A stretch of 64,000 nt of DNA, taken from Steroidobacteraceae bacterium. Its GTDB lineage: Bacteria > Pseudomonadota > Gammaproteobacteria > Steroidobacterales > Steroidobacteraceae. The stretch covers positions 2,161,279 through 2,225,278 of the forward strand of contig OZ257260.1 of assembly GCA_965279735.1 (NCBI GenBank). The letters run 5' to 3'. The notes under the pieces were generated by a model. The model worked only from the letters and a program-made list of their open reading frames with translations, was not told the DNA's origin and searched no databases. The translations under genes and the position numbers were made by a program. This document shows, piece after piece, positions 8,915 to 17,951 of the stretch (its first letter is position 1; each line of letters opens with the position of its first letter).

Positions 8915-11323
8915 TCAGGCAGTTGCAAGGCTCTGGATTGCCGGCGCCAGACCCGCCACGGACGCCTTTTCCACCTTGATCGTTCCCCAGGGTGACGTAC
9001 GCAGCCATTCTTCCAGGCGCTGCGCCGAGAGCGGTGGACTCATGAAATAACCCTGCGCCTGATCGCAACCCAGCTGCTTCAGCAGCTTGAGGCCTGCCTC
9101 GTCTTCAACGCCTTCTGCAACAACCTTGAGGCCGAGGTTATGGCCAAGCTCGATGGTTGAACGGACGATCGTCGATGTCGTCGGGTCGGATGACATCCGC
9201 ATCACGAACGAACGGTCGATCTTGAGCTCGTCTACCGGCAGACGAACGATATAACTGAGCGATGAGTATCCTGTCCCGTAATCGTCGATCGACAGATGGA
9301 TACCGAGACCATGCAGGCGATCCAGAACCTTCTGCGCATGCGCCGGATCTTCCATGAAGCCGCTTTCGGTGATCTCGATGCACAGCAGGTCGGCAGGGAC
9401 TTCGTGCGCCTTCAGGAGCTGTGCGACGAGATCCGGAAGCTCGCGATTCATCAGATCCCTGGCCGAGATATTCACCGAGACCCTGAGCAGCAACCCTTTC
9501 GCCCGCCATTCACCGCATTGACGAATTGCTTCATTCAATACCCAGCGCGTCAGAACCTTTATATAGCCGGTGTGCTCGGCAAAGGGAATGAATTCACCGG
9601 GCGACACGAATCCCCGCGTCGGGTGGTCCCAGCGCAACAAGGCTTCGACCGCACCTGCCGCCGAAGTGGCGAGTGAAACCTTCGGCTGATAGAAAACCTT
9701 GAGTTCGTTTTTCTCGACCGCCCGACGCAGCTCACCGAGCATCGATAGATGCTCCTGCTGATGCGTGTCGTATTCAGGGTCGTAGGTTGCAAACCCGCTC
9801 TTGTTCCGCTTGGCTACGTACATGGCAATGTCTGCGTTGCGCAAAAGCGTGCTGGCATTCTCGCCGTGCTGGGGAAAGTGTGCGATGCCAATACTGGTTC
9901 CAACGTCAAGCGGCTGGCTCTCGTATGAAATCGGCACCTCAAGGGCACGAGTGATCTTGTGGGCCACTCGCGATACATACTCCGGCTTGGCAGTCGGCAA
10001 CAGGACCGCGAACTCGTCGCCTCCCAGACGCGCTACAGTGTCGGAGGAACGCAGTAGATCCCGCAGCCGTACCGCAACTTCCTTGAGGACATGGTCGCCA
10101 ACGCCGTGCCCCAGTGTGTCATTCACGTATTTGAAGCGGTCAAGATCCATCATCAGGATGGTGAGCGGCGCAGCAGTGCGTTGCGAATGCTCGATGGCAG
10201 TCGTCAGGCGCTCGTTGAACAATGCGCGGTTGGGCAGCCCGGTCAACGTATCCTGGTAAGCGAGCCGCAGAATTTCCTGCTCGCGCTCGGCGATACCCGA
10301 TCGCATCTGGTCGAGGCTACTCGCCAGCACGCCGATCTCGTCCCTGCGCTCGACGATGACCTGTGCGGTGTAATCGCCTTTCTGGATCCTGGTGGCCGCG
10401 CGAACCAGTTCGCCGAGCGGGCGCGTAATACCCAGTGCGATTGCAATGCTGCCGGCGATGGACAGCAGCAGGCTGAAGGCAGCGAGCGCGACCAGCGTGT
10501 CCCGTAACCGGTCAAAAGCCGCAATGGCAGCCGCGACTGAACGCTGCAAAACCGCCACGACCTTGGTGTCGGCATGCTGCTTCAGTTCAATGACACGCAA
10601 CTGCTGCTCGGATTCGCCAGTACCGATGCGATCCGCATCGAGCGCGTGCGGCAGATCCGGAAGCTCGGCCTGGAGCAGGTTCTTGGCATCCTGATCAAGG
10701 GTGGACGCAAGCATCGTCCACTCACTGCCGGCTCCCCGGTCAAGAAATGAAACCTCAAGTGAAGTCAGTTGGCGCAGTTCGGCAGCCAGCGCATCGTCTA
10801 CCGTGCGCCCCACTGCGATCCACGCAATGGGAATCGGCGCCAGCACCGGGACAACGACCAGCTGGTACGCATGATTTTCGAGCAGCTCGATTGACGACAC
10901 GCTGCCTTCGCGCTGTGCCGATTCCATCATCGAAGGAAAATCGAAGGCGCGCGACGCAGCCTCGGGATGGAGAGTATCGGCAAGCACCTTGCCATCTAGC
11001 GACACCAGCATCATCGCGTTGGCATCGATGCGCGCCCCGTGGTTCTGGAGGGCCGACAGCACAGTACCGAGATCATTGGTGGCAATGGCTTCACGGAAAG
11101 CAAAATCGGCAGCCAGGACCTTGGCTGCCTGCAGTAGACGCTCCCGGTTCTGCTCCAGCAGACGCTCGAAGATGCGTTCGCCGACGCCGAGCTCCCCGTC
11201 GATCTTCTGCCGCGCATTCGTCGAATTGGCGGCATTTACCGCGACGAATGCCGCGAGCTGCACCAGGGCCAGCAGCGCCACAAAGAACACGATGATCCGT
11301 GTTCGCAGGCGGCGAAAATTCAC
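8915..11323 (-). CDS. periplasmic-sensor GGDEF-EAL protein (diguanylate cyclase/phosphodiesterase) with HAMP
   Basis: 802 aa. An N-terminal TM, a ~250-aa extracytoplasmic region, a second TM and a HAMP domain precede the GGDEF motif (RLGGDEFAVLLP). The EAL domain carries VEALLRW, DDYGTGYSSLSY and EGVE. Confidence 0.9.
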   Translation of the reverse strand: MNFRRLRTRIIVFFVALLALVQLAAFVAVNAANSTNARQKIDGELGVGERIFERLLEQNRERLLQAAKVLAADFAFREAIATNDLGTVLSALQNHGARIDANAMMLVSLDGKVLADTLHPEAASRAFDFPSMMESAQREGSVSSIELLENHAYQLVVVPVLAPIPIAWIAVGRTVDDALAAELRQLTSLEVSFLDRGAGSEWTMLASTLDQDAKNLLQAELPDLPHALDADRIGTGESEQQLRVIELKQHADTKVVAVLQRSVAAAIAAFDRLRDTLVALAAFSLLLSIAGSIAIALGITRPLGELVRAATRIQKGDYTAQVIVERRDEIGVLASSLDQMRSGIAEREQEILRLAYQDTLTGLPNRALFNERLTTAIEHSQRTAAPLTILMMDLDRFKYVNDTLGHGVGDHVLKEVAVRLRDLLRSSDTVARLGGDEFAVLLPTAKPEYVSRVAHKITRALEVPISYESQPLDVGTSIGIAHFPQHGENASTLLRNADIAMYVAKRNKSGFATYDPEYDTHQQEHLSMLGELRRAVEKNELKVFYQPKVSLATSAAGAVEALLRWDHPTRGFVSPGEFIPFAEHTGYIKVLTRWVLNEAIRQCGEWRAKGLLLRVSVNISARDLMNRELPDLVAQLLKAHEVPADLLCIEITESGFMEDPAHAQKVLDRLHGLGIHLSIDDYGTGYSSLSYIVRLPVDELKIDRSFVMRMSSDPTTSTIVRSTIELGHNLGLKVVAEGVEDEAGLKLLKQLGCDQAQGYFMSPPLSAQRLEEWLRTSPWGTIKVEKASVAGLAPAIQSLATA

Positions 11324-11967
11324 GGGGCCGCCCCGTGGTCAGCGTGATCCTGCATCGCAGGCGAAATGGCATCCAGCTGAAACGCCTCGTCAGCCTGCCC
11401 TTCAGCCAGTTGCATCTTCCGCGTTACCGGCTCGCGCAAAGCAGAGTGCCAGACGTTCAGGACGTAGTCGCCAGCCGGCAGATTTTTCACCGCTGCCCGC
11501 CCATCGGCGTCAGAGCGGGAGAACCAGGGAGTGTCCACCACCACTACCCACGCCACCATCTTGTCGTGGATGTTGCAACCGAGAACGACAACACCGGGCT
11601 TGTCGAAGACCACCGGCTCGGAAGGCCGACCGGAGTAAAGCTTCGTATTGAAGACCTTGGCCGGCGAGAACGAATAGACCTGGTGACGGATGTTGTCGCT
11701 GTTGGGGAAGCTGACCGCGGCACCTGTCTGGATAACAGTAACGGCCGGTATGAACATCTTGTTGACCTGGTCGATCTCCGCCTTTTTCGGCGCATGCAGA
11801 TTGGCTCCCGGATTCGCAGGGACCGCATAGACGACGGCATTTTCAAGTGGCTTGCCATCACTGTCAGTTACCTTCACCGCCAGCTCGGCAGCGTTCGCCA
11901 CCAATGCGGACAGCATCAGCATGAGACCGACGTACAGCAAACAGCAACCGGTGGAACGGATACTCAC
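11320..11967 (-). CDS. exported cupredoxin-like protein (family often annotated 'methylamine utilization protein')
   Basis: 215 aa with a signal peptide (LMLMLSALVANA|AE). A candidate type-1 Cu ligand set is His in NIRHQVYSF plus LGCNIHDKM (C-x2-H-x2-M, the same spacing as amicyanin CTPHPFM). It overlaps both neighbouring genes by 4 nt. Confidence 0.6.
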   Translation of the reverse strand: MSIRSTGCCLLYVGLMLMLSALVANAAELAVKVTDSDGKPLENAVVYAVPANPGANLHAPKKAEIDQVNKMFIPAVTVIQTGAAVSFPNSDNIRHQVYSFSPAKVFNTKLYSGRPSEPVVFDKPGVVVLGCNIHDKMVAWVVVVDTPWFSRSDADGRAAVKNLPAGDYVLNVWHSALREPVTRKMQLAEGQADEAFQLDAISPAMQDHADHGAAP

Positions 11968-12404
11968 TTAGTAACCACATCGCGCTTCATGGGCGCCAGC
12001 AGTGCGAGCAGTTCGTTTCGCTCGCGCAGCCCGACTTCATGGCGAATCATGATCTCGCGCAGCAGCTCGACCATCCCGTACATTTCCGCTTCGGTGATGT
12101 TGAGGCCCGCATGCACGTCGACCATCGTGTCTCCGGTGTAGGTGCAGGGCCCGCCCGCCAGAGCGCAGATCTGCTCGATCAGCATTGTCTTCACGCGAGG
12201 AATGTTCACGCCCTCGAATGAGCGCTTGAGTTCGGGCTTTGCCGCCGTCTCATCGATCAGCTCATTGGACACCGCTGCAACGGTGGTTGCCCCGCCCATG
12301 CGTTCATACAACGTAGGAATGCCGGTTTCTGCGGCAATCACGGCGCGAGCAAGCAGTCCGGAGGCAACGACCGCCAGAGCCAGCGGCAGAACGCGAATCA
12401 GCAT
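11964..12404 (-). CDS. group 1 truncated haemoglobin with N-terminal signal peptide
   Basis: 146 aa. TLYERMGGATTVAAV...ICALAGGPCTYTGDTMVDVHAGLNITEAEM matches the trHbN pattern (GGP..Y.G..M...H..L.I). A hydrophobic leader MLIRVLPLALAVVASGLLARAVIA precedes the globin domain. Confidence 0.75.
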   Translation of the reverse strand: MLIRVLPLALAVVASGLLARAVIAAETGIPTLYERMGGATTVAAVSNELIDETAAKPELKRSFEGVNIPRVKTMLIEQICALAGGPCTYTGDTMVDVHAGLNITEAEMYGMVELLREIMIRHEVGLRERNELLALLAPMKRDVVTK

Positions 12405-12624
12405 GGAATTTCCCCGGGATGAGCCAAGAAATACGGGTGGACGTATGTCAAATGCCAGGGCGCAACCGTAACGGCACGCGGCTTTGGGGCGATGTTAAGT
12501 TGCTCACAGGTCAGGGGACCCGCCCGGAGGCAGGCGACGCAACATAAGAGGTCTGTGAAGCAGGTCGTACGCGGCGCCTGGCAATCAGGGTATCTAGCCT
12601 CCGCGTAGCTCCCTCAGGACCCGT

Positions 12625-13512
12625 ATGACGCGCATGAAACCAAGCCATTCAGATCTCGCGAGACGCCTGCTTCCAGTGCTTTTTGCTTCCTTGCTGGCAG
12701 GCCACCCCGCCATGGCAGCCGGCAACCGTCTGCTTGCCACCGGCGGCGTAATGCAGGTCGAAGGGGCCGCTGGCGGAGGACTCGTCCCCTGGGCATTCAT
12801 TGCGGGCCTCGGCACCCGCGATCAGGTCGGAGTCAGCGCGTTCTGTACGCGTGTCGAACCCGATGACTTCCGGCTCACGAGCTGCGGACTCGGAGTCGGT
12901 GTGTTCGATCGCCTGGAGGTGTCATTCGCGCGCCAGAAGTTCGACCTTGGTACCACGGTGGCGGGTGAATCCATCCGGCAGGACATTTTCGGAGTGAAGT
13001 ACAAGCTCCTTGGTGACGCGGTGTATGACCAGGATTCCTGGGTGCCGCAGGTTGCGTTCGGGCTCCAGTACAAGAAAAACGAGGACTACGATTTCGTACC
13101 CGCACTCCTTGGGGCGAAGGACGATTCAGGCATCGACTACTACGTATCGGCTACCAAGGTCTATCTCGCCGGACCGCTGGGGCGGACCTGGCTCCTGAAC
13201 GCCACCCTGCGTGCCACCAAGGGCAACCAGCTCGGGATCCTGGGTTTTGGCGGCGATCGCGATGATGGCTACCGGTTCGAACCGGAAGTCAGTGCGGCCG
13301 TATTCCTGCATGACCATCTCGTGCTGGGCGCCGAATACCGCGCGAAACCCGACAATCTCAGCGTTTTCAAGGAAGACGATTTCTGGGACGGCTTCGTCGC
13401 GTGGATTCCGCACAAGTCCGTGTCGCTGACGCTGGCTTACGCGGACCTCGGCAACATCGCGGACAAGGCCGACCAGCGCGGCCTGTACGCATCAGTGCAG
13501 GTCAGTTACTGA
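12625..13512 (+). CDS. DUF3034-like exported protein, probable outer-membrane beta-barrel
   Basis: 295 aa with a signal peptide (LFASLLAGHPAMA|AG). It has alternating beta-strand-like segments and an aromatic C-terminus (YASVQVSY). The family assignment is from memory. Confidence 0.55.
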   Translation: MTRMKPSHSDLARRLLPVLFASLLAGHPAMAAGNRLLATGGVMQVEGAAGGGLVPWAFIAGLGTRDQVGVSAFCTRVEPDDFRLTSCGLGVGVFDRLEVSFARQKFDLGTTVAGESIRQDIFGVKYKLLGDAVYDQDSWVPQVAFGLQYKKNEDYDFVPALLGAKDDSGIDYYVSATKVYLAGPLGRTWLLNATLRATKGNQLGILGFGGDRDDGYRFEPEVSAAVFLHDHLVLGAEYRAKPDNLSVFKEDDFWDGFVAWIPHKSVSLTLAYADLGNIADKADQRGLYASVQVSY

Positions 13513-14080
13513 GAACGTCCGGACCGCTCTGCCGGCGACGCGCCAGATTGCGGAGCGTTCTCTCCTCTTCCCACCATTCCGGCAAGGGCGGTGGGCCCGC
13601 CGAGAACGCGCGGTGGCCGAGTTCTTCGAGCGCACGCGCATAGACCGCGCGCTTGAAGTAGATCACCTCGCGCACCGGGGACCAGTAATCAACCCAGCGC
13701 CAGCTCTCGAACTCAGGCGTGCTCGTGGTATCGAAGCGCACGCGATCCTCGGGTCCGGTCAGCTCAAGCATGAACCAGCGCTGCTTCTGGCCGATGCACG
13801 CCTGCTTCGTGTTCCTTCTCACGTACTGGGCAGGTAGCCGATATCGCAGCCAGCCCTGAGTGGAAGCAATGACCCTTACGTCAGCCTGTTCCAGCCCGAT
13901 CTCTTCCTTGAGCTCCCGGAACATGCCCGCCTCCGGATCTTCGTCCCGCCCGATTCCCCCTTGGGGAAACTGCCAGCCGCGTCCGCCGGTCCTGCCGCCA
14001 AGGAACACGTCACCGTTGCCGCGGACCAGTACGATCCCGACATTGGCGCGAAACCCGGCTGTATCGATGAAGTCCGTCAT
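13502..14080 (-). CDS. rppH: RNA pyrophosphohydrolase RppH (Nudix)
   Basis: The N-terminus FRANVGIVLVRGNGDVFLGGRTGGRGWQFPQGGIGRDEDPEAGMFRELKEEIGL contains the Nudix box GGx5Ex7REx2EExG. Confidence 0.9.
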   Translation of the reverse strand: MTDFIDTAGFRANVGIVLVRGNGDVFLGGRTGGRGWQFPQGGIGRDEDPEAGMFRELKEEIGLEQADVRVIASTQGWLRYRLPAQYVRRNTKQACIGQKQRWFMLELTGPEDRVRFDTTSTPEFESWRWVDYWSPVREVIYFKRAVYARALEELGHRAFSAGPPPLPEWWEEERTLRNLARRRQSGPDVLSN

Positions 14081-14174
14081 TAGGCGTCCTGGCTACTCGA
14101 ATGATTTTTCCACATTCGGCGGCGAGTCACCATCACGCAGATCGCAATGAACGGTCAACACGGGTGCAGCGGGT

Positions 14175-15197
14175 TTGGACGACCACCACCGGAACCCGTA
14201 CCCTTGCCATCCCGTGAACAACGCCAGACCTGCCGTCCTTGTCGCCCTGCTGGCGGTGCTGGCACTTGCCGCGCTCGGCGCTTCCGTGCTGATAGGCAGT
14301 GTCGCCCTGTCGCCCTCCGCGGCCTGGAACGGCGTGATGGGCCACGAATCGGGGCTGGCGCGCACTCTCATTCTCGATTTGCGCTTGCCCCGGGCCCTGT
14401 CGGCCTTTGCCATCGGCGGATTGCTCTCGCTGGCCGGAGTACTGATGCAGGTACTGCTCAGGAACCCTCTTGCCGATCCTTACGTCATGGGTGTTTCAGG
14501 CGGGGCCGCAGTTGCAGCCTTGTCTGCCATGCTGCTGGGCCTGACCGGATGGCTGGTGGATGCCAGCGCCACGCTGGGTGCACTCGCCACGACGTTGCTG
14601 GTATTCGTCCTGGCACACGGAAGTGGAGGATGGACGCCCGCCCGATTGTTGCTGACCGGGGTCGTTGTCGCCGCAGGAGCGAGTGCCGCTGTCAGCTCTC
14701 TGCTTGCCCTCGGGGATGATTCCCGGCTGAGAGGCATGCTGTTCTGGCTGATGGGGGACCTTTCCTTCAGCACCCGCGCGCAACCACTGCTATGGCTGCT
14801 GGCAGCCGGGCTCGTGTTGGGAGTGCTGCTCGGACGACAGCTCAACGTCCTCGCCAAGGGCGACCTGAAGGCCCAAGGCCTGGGCGTTCCGGTACGCGCG
14901 TTGAGAATCGGGATCTTCGTCGCCAGCTCGTTACTGACAGCGGCGTCGGTCACCGTCGCTGGAACCATTGGTTTCATTGGGCTTGTCACCCCACATCTCG
15001 CGAGGCTGCTGCTCGGCTCTGATCATCGCCGCCTGATCCCGGCTGCGATCCTGCTTGGTGGCACGCTGTTGATGCTGGCGGATCTGCTCGCCCGCACGGC
15101 CTTCGCTCCCCGGCAGCTTCCGGTCGGTGCCCTCACCGCTCTCGTGGGCGTGCCGCTTTTCCTGGCGCTGATGCGTAGGGACGGACGTAACGGCTAG
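14175..15197 (+). CDS. FecCD/BtuC-family ABC importer permease (iron-chelate or cobalamin type)
   Basis: 340 aa and polytopic. Typical FecCD segments are present: LRLPRALSAFAIGGLLSLAGVLMQ, NPLADPYVMGVSGGA and GFIGLVTPHLARLL. The start is uncertain. Confidence 0.85.
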   Translation: MDDHHRNPYPCHPVNNARPAVLVALLAVLALAALGASVLIGSVALSPSAAWNGVMGHESGLARTLILDLRLPRALSAFAIGGLLSLAGVLMQVLLRNPLADPYVMGVSGGAAVAALSAMLLGLTGWLVDASATLGALATTLLVFVLAHGSGGWTPARLLLTGVVVAAGASAAVSSLLALGDDSRLRGMLFWLMGDLSFSTRAQPLLWLLAAGLVLGVLLGRQLNVLAKGDLKAQGLGVPVRALRIGIFVASSLLTAASVTVAGTIGFIGLVTPHLARLLLGSDHRRLIPAAILLGGTLLMLADLLARTAFAPRQLPVGALTALVGVPLFLALMRRDGRNG

Positions 15198-16237
15198 CGG
15201 GTGCGGGGAAACGCCACGACGTGATCCGGCTCGATGCGAATGCCGATGAACTCGCCAATGCGGTGGTTGTGGTGACTGGGAACGAGCGAGAGCAGCGAAG
15301 CACCGCCCGGCAGCTTCAGGGTGTACAGGAACTCCGCCCCGCGAAAGGCCTTCTGGCTGATCTCGACCTTCAACTGGCTGTCGTCATCGTGAATGACATC
15401 GTCCGGCCGCAGCAGCAGATCCACATGACTGCCCTGCGGATAGCTCGCGGCAAAGCTGCCGTGGACGCTGCCCAATTCGGTTTTCACCGTATCCGGAGCC
15501 GTCACTTCCCCAGGCAGGAACGCGCCCTGGCCGATGAAATCCGCGACGAAGCGGGTCGCGGGACGATGATAGAGATCGTAAGGCGCATCCCATTGTTCCA
15601 GCCGCCCGCCCTGCATCACGCCGACGAGGTCGGCCATGGCGAATGCTTCGTTCTGGTCATGGGTCACCAGTAGCGCCGTGGCATTCAGTTTCTTCAGGAT
15701 CTCGCGTACCTCGAAACCAAGGCGGGCGCGCAACTCGATATCGAGGTTCGAGAATGGTTCATCCAGGAGGACGAGCTCCGGCTGCGGTGCGAGAGCACGC
15801 GCCAGCGCCACGCGCTGTTGCTGTCCACCCGAAATCTCGTGCGGATAGCGCTTGCGGGTGTCTTCGAGCCCAACGATGGCAAGCATCTCCATGGCCCGTC
15901 GCTCGCGATCGGACCGCGGCATCTGGTGCAAGCCAAAAGCCACGTTCTCGAGAACGGACAGATGCGGGAACAGGGCGTAATCCTGGAACACCATGCCGAT
16001 GTGACGCGCGGCAGGCGGAACAATCACCCCGCGGCTCGACAGCAGGCGGCCCCGCGCGTGGATCTCGCCTGCATCAACGGGTTCGAAACCGGCAATGCAC
16101 CGCAAGGCCGTCGTCTTCCCGCATCCACTCGGGCCCAGCAGGCAGCCAATGGCGCCTTGAGGCAGGTTGAGATCGAGTCCTGCCACCGCGGCGACAGATC
16201 CGAAGTGCCGCTCCACTTTGCGCAGTTCAAGCCACAT
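15194..16237 (-). CDS. ABC transporter ATP-binding protein (FbpC/PotA-like, Fe3+ import)
   Basis: Walker A is GPSGCGKTT, the signature is ISGGQQQRVALARAL and Walker B is LVLLDEPFSNLD. A C-terminal TOBE-like domain is present. Confidence 0.9.
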   Translation of the reverse strand: MWLELRKVERHFGSVAAVAGLDLNLPQGAIGCLLGPSGCGKTTALRCIAGFEPVDAGEIHARGRLLSSRGVIVPPAARHIGMVFQDYALFPHLSVLENVAFGLHQMPRSDRERRAMEMLAIVGLEDTRKRYPHEISGGQQQRVALARALAPQPELVLLDEPFSNLDIELRARLGFEVREILKKLNATALLVTHDQNEAFAMADLVGVMQGGRLEQWDAPYDLYHRPATRFVADFIGQGAFLPGEVTAPDTVKTELGSVHGSFAASYPQGSHVDLLLRPDDVIHDDDSQLKVEISQKAFRGAEFLYTLKLPGGASLLSLVPSHHNHRIGEFIGIRIEPDHVVAFPRTR

Positions 16238-17891
16238 TCACGCCTCGCCGGGTCAGAAGGGCCACCGGGATCAGGCCGGCCAGAACGATCGCCACCGCAG
16301 GCACGGCCGCCCGCTCCCATTCCCCGTTGCTCGTCATTTCGAAAACGCGCACCGCCAGCGTGTCCCAGCCGAAAGGCCGTGTAATGAGGGTGATCGGCAT
16401 TTCCTTCATCACATCGACGAAGACGAGCACTGCGCCCGTCGCGATGCCTGTGCGCAGGAGAGGCAGATGCACGCGCTTCAGCAACGCGCCTCGTGTGACT
16501 CCCAGGCTGATGGCAGCCTCATCGATGTTGCGCGTGACGCGCTGGAGGCCGCTCTCGACCGGACCGTAGCCCACAGCGAGGAACCGCGCGAGATAGGCCA
16601 CCAGCACCGTCACCAGCGTGCCCTGCAGATACAGCGTTGGTCCGGAAGCACCCAACAGCAGAGTGAGGCCGCCTTGCAGAAAATTGTTGAACCAGGCCAT
16701 GGGCACCACGATCCCCACCGCGAGCACGGTACCGGGAATTGCGTAACCGATTGTGCCCAATCTCGCGAAGCTCCGCGTCCAGCGACCGGGCTCCATGCGA
16801 GTGACGTACGCTAGCGTAACCGCGGCAGCGAGAATGATGACGGCTGCACTACCTGCCAGCACCAGACTGCGAATCGCGAAGCCAACGTAGCGCAAGTCGA
16901 AATCCGCGAGGTGATCCGCGGCCCACACCAGCAACTGGAAAAACGGCAACAGGAACGCGCCAAGGAACACGAGCGTTGCAGCGCCACATGCGAGCCAGCG
17001 CGAAACGCCCTTCAGAACGATACGGCTATCTGAGGAGGCCCCCGCACGATCAGCGCCGTAACGAACCCTTGCGCGCGAACGGCGCTCGATCCACAGGATG
17101 ACCAGCACCAGCAGCATCAGGATCGCAGCGAGCTCGAGCGCCGCACTCAGCGTGAACATGCCGAACCACGCGCTATAGATCGCCTTCGTAAACGTGTTGT
17201 AGTTGAACACTGCGACAGTGCCGAAATCGGCGAGCGTTTCCATCGCGACGAGTGCGATGCCGGTTGCGATCCACGGACGCGCCATGGGCAACGCAACCCG
17301 CCATGCAGCGGCGCGCGCGCTCAGGCCAAGTGTTTGCGCTGCCTCGAGCACGCGACGGCCCTGGCTCAGAAACGCACTGCGTGCGAGCAGGTAGACATAC
17401 GGGTACAGCGCCAGCGAGAGGACTAGGATTGCGCCCCAGCCATTGCTCGAGCGAATTGCCGGCATCCAGGCGGAAGTGCCCCATGAAGCGCGCAACCAAG
17501 TCTGTAGCGGGCCGGAATAGTCGAGAAACCCGACCACGACGAACGCGAGCACATAAGCCGGGATCGCGAGTGGCAAGAGCAGCGCCCAATCGAAGAATCG
17601 CCTGCCTGGAAAGTCACAGACCGCGGTGAGCCATGCGAGGCCGGTACCGAGTACGGCCGTCAGGATCACTACGCCGGCCAGCAGGCGGACGGTGTTGAAG
17701 ATGACTTCAGGCAGGACATACCGGGACAGGTGACTCCACACCTCGGTATCCACGTTGAACAACGAGCCGATCACCACCAGCAGCGGCAGCAGTGCAGGCA
17801 GTGCAAGGGCAGTTGCAAGTGCAGCCGCGCGGGATGCATGCCGGTCCCTGAACCAGGTAGACGTGATCGCGGCCTGGGCCGGGGCGTTCAT
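16227..17891 (-). CDS. iron(III) ABC transporter permease (FbpB-like, duplicated MetI-type domains)
   Basis: 554 aa with two tandem permease halves. It overlaps the ATPase gene by 11 nt. Confidence 0.85.
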   Translation of the reverse strand: MNAPAQAAITSTWFRDRHASRAAALATALALPALLPLLVVIGSLFNVDTEVWSHLSRYVLPEVIFNTVRLLAGVVILTAVLGTGLAWLTAVCDFPGRRFFDWALLLPLAIPAYVLAFVVVGFLDYSGPLQTWLRASWGTSAWMPAIRSSNGWGAILVLSLALYPYVYLLARSAFLSQGRRVLEAAQTLGLSARAAAWRVALPMARPWIATGIALVAMETLADFGTVAVFNYNTFTKAIYSAWFGMFTLSAALELAAILMLLVLVILWIERRSRARVRYGADRAGASSDSRIVLKGVSRWLACGAATLVFLGAFLLPFFQLLVWAADHLADFDLRYVGFAIRSLVLAGSAAVIILAAAVTLAYVTRMEPGRWTRSFARLGTIGYAIPGTVLAVGIVVPMAWFNNFLQGGLTLLLGASGPTLYLQGTLVTVLVAYLARFLAVGYGPVESGLQRVTRNIDEAAISLGVTRGALLKRVHLPLLRTGIATGAVLVFVDVMKEMPITLITRPFGWDTLAVRVFEMTSNGEWERAAVPAVAIVLAGLIPVALLTRRGVNVA

Positions 17892-17951
17892 GCGGGAAAC
17901 CTGGGCAGGCGTTGAGCGACGTTCACAAGGAAACCCCTGTGAAAGCCTGGC

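Noticed and set aside
14081-14174. A cobalamin or other riboswitch upstream of the orphan FecCD/BtuC-like permease.
   Set aside because: The spacer is only ~94 nt, and I see no B12-box-like GCCACTG core or the extended conserved helices. It is too short for a cobalamin riboswitch.
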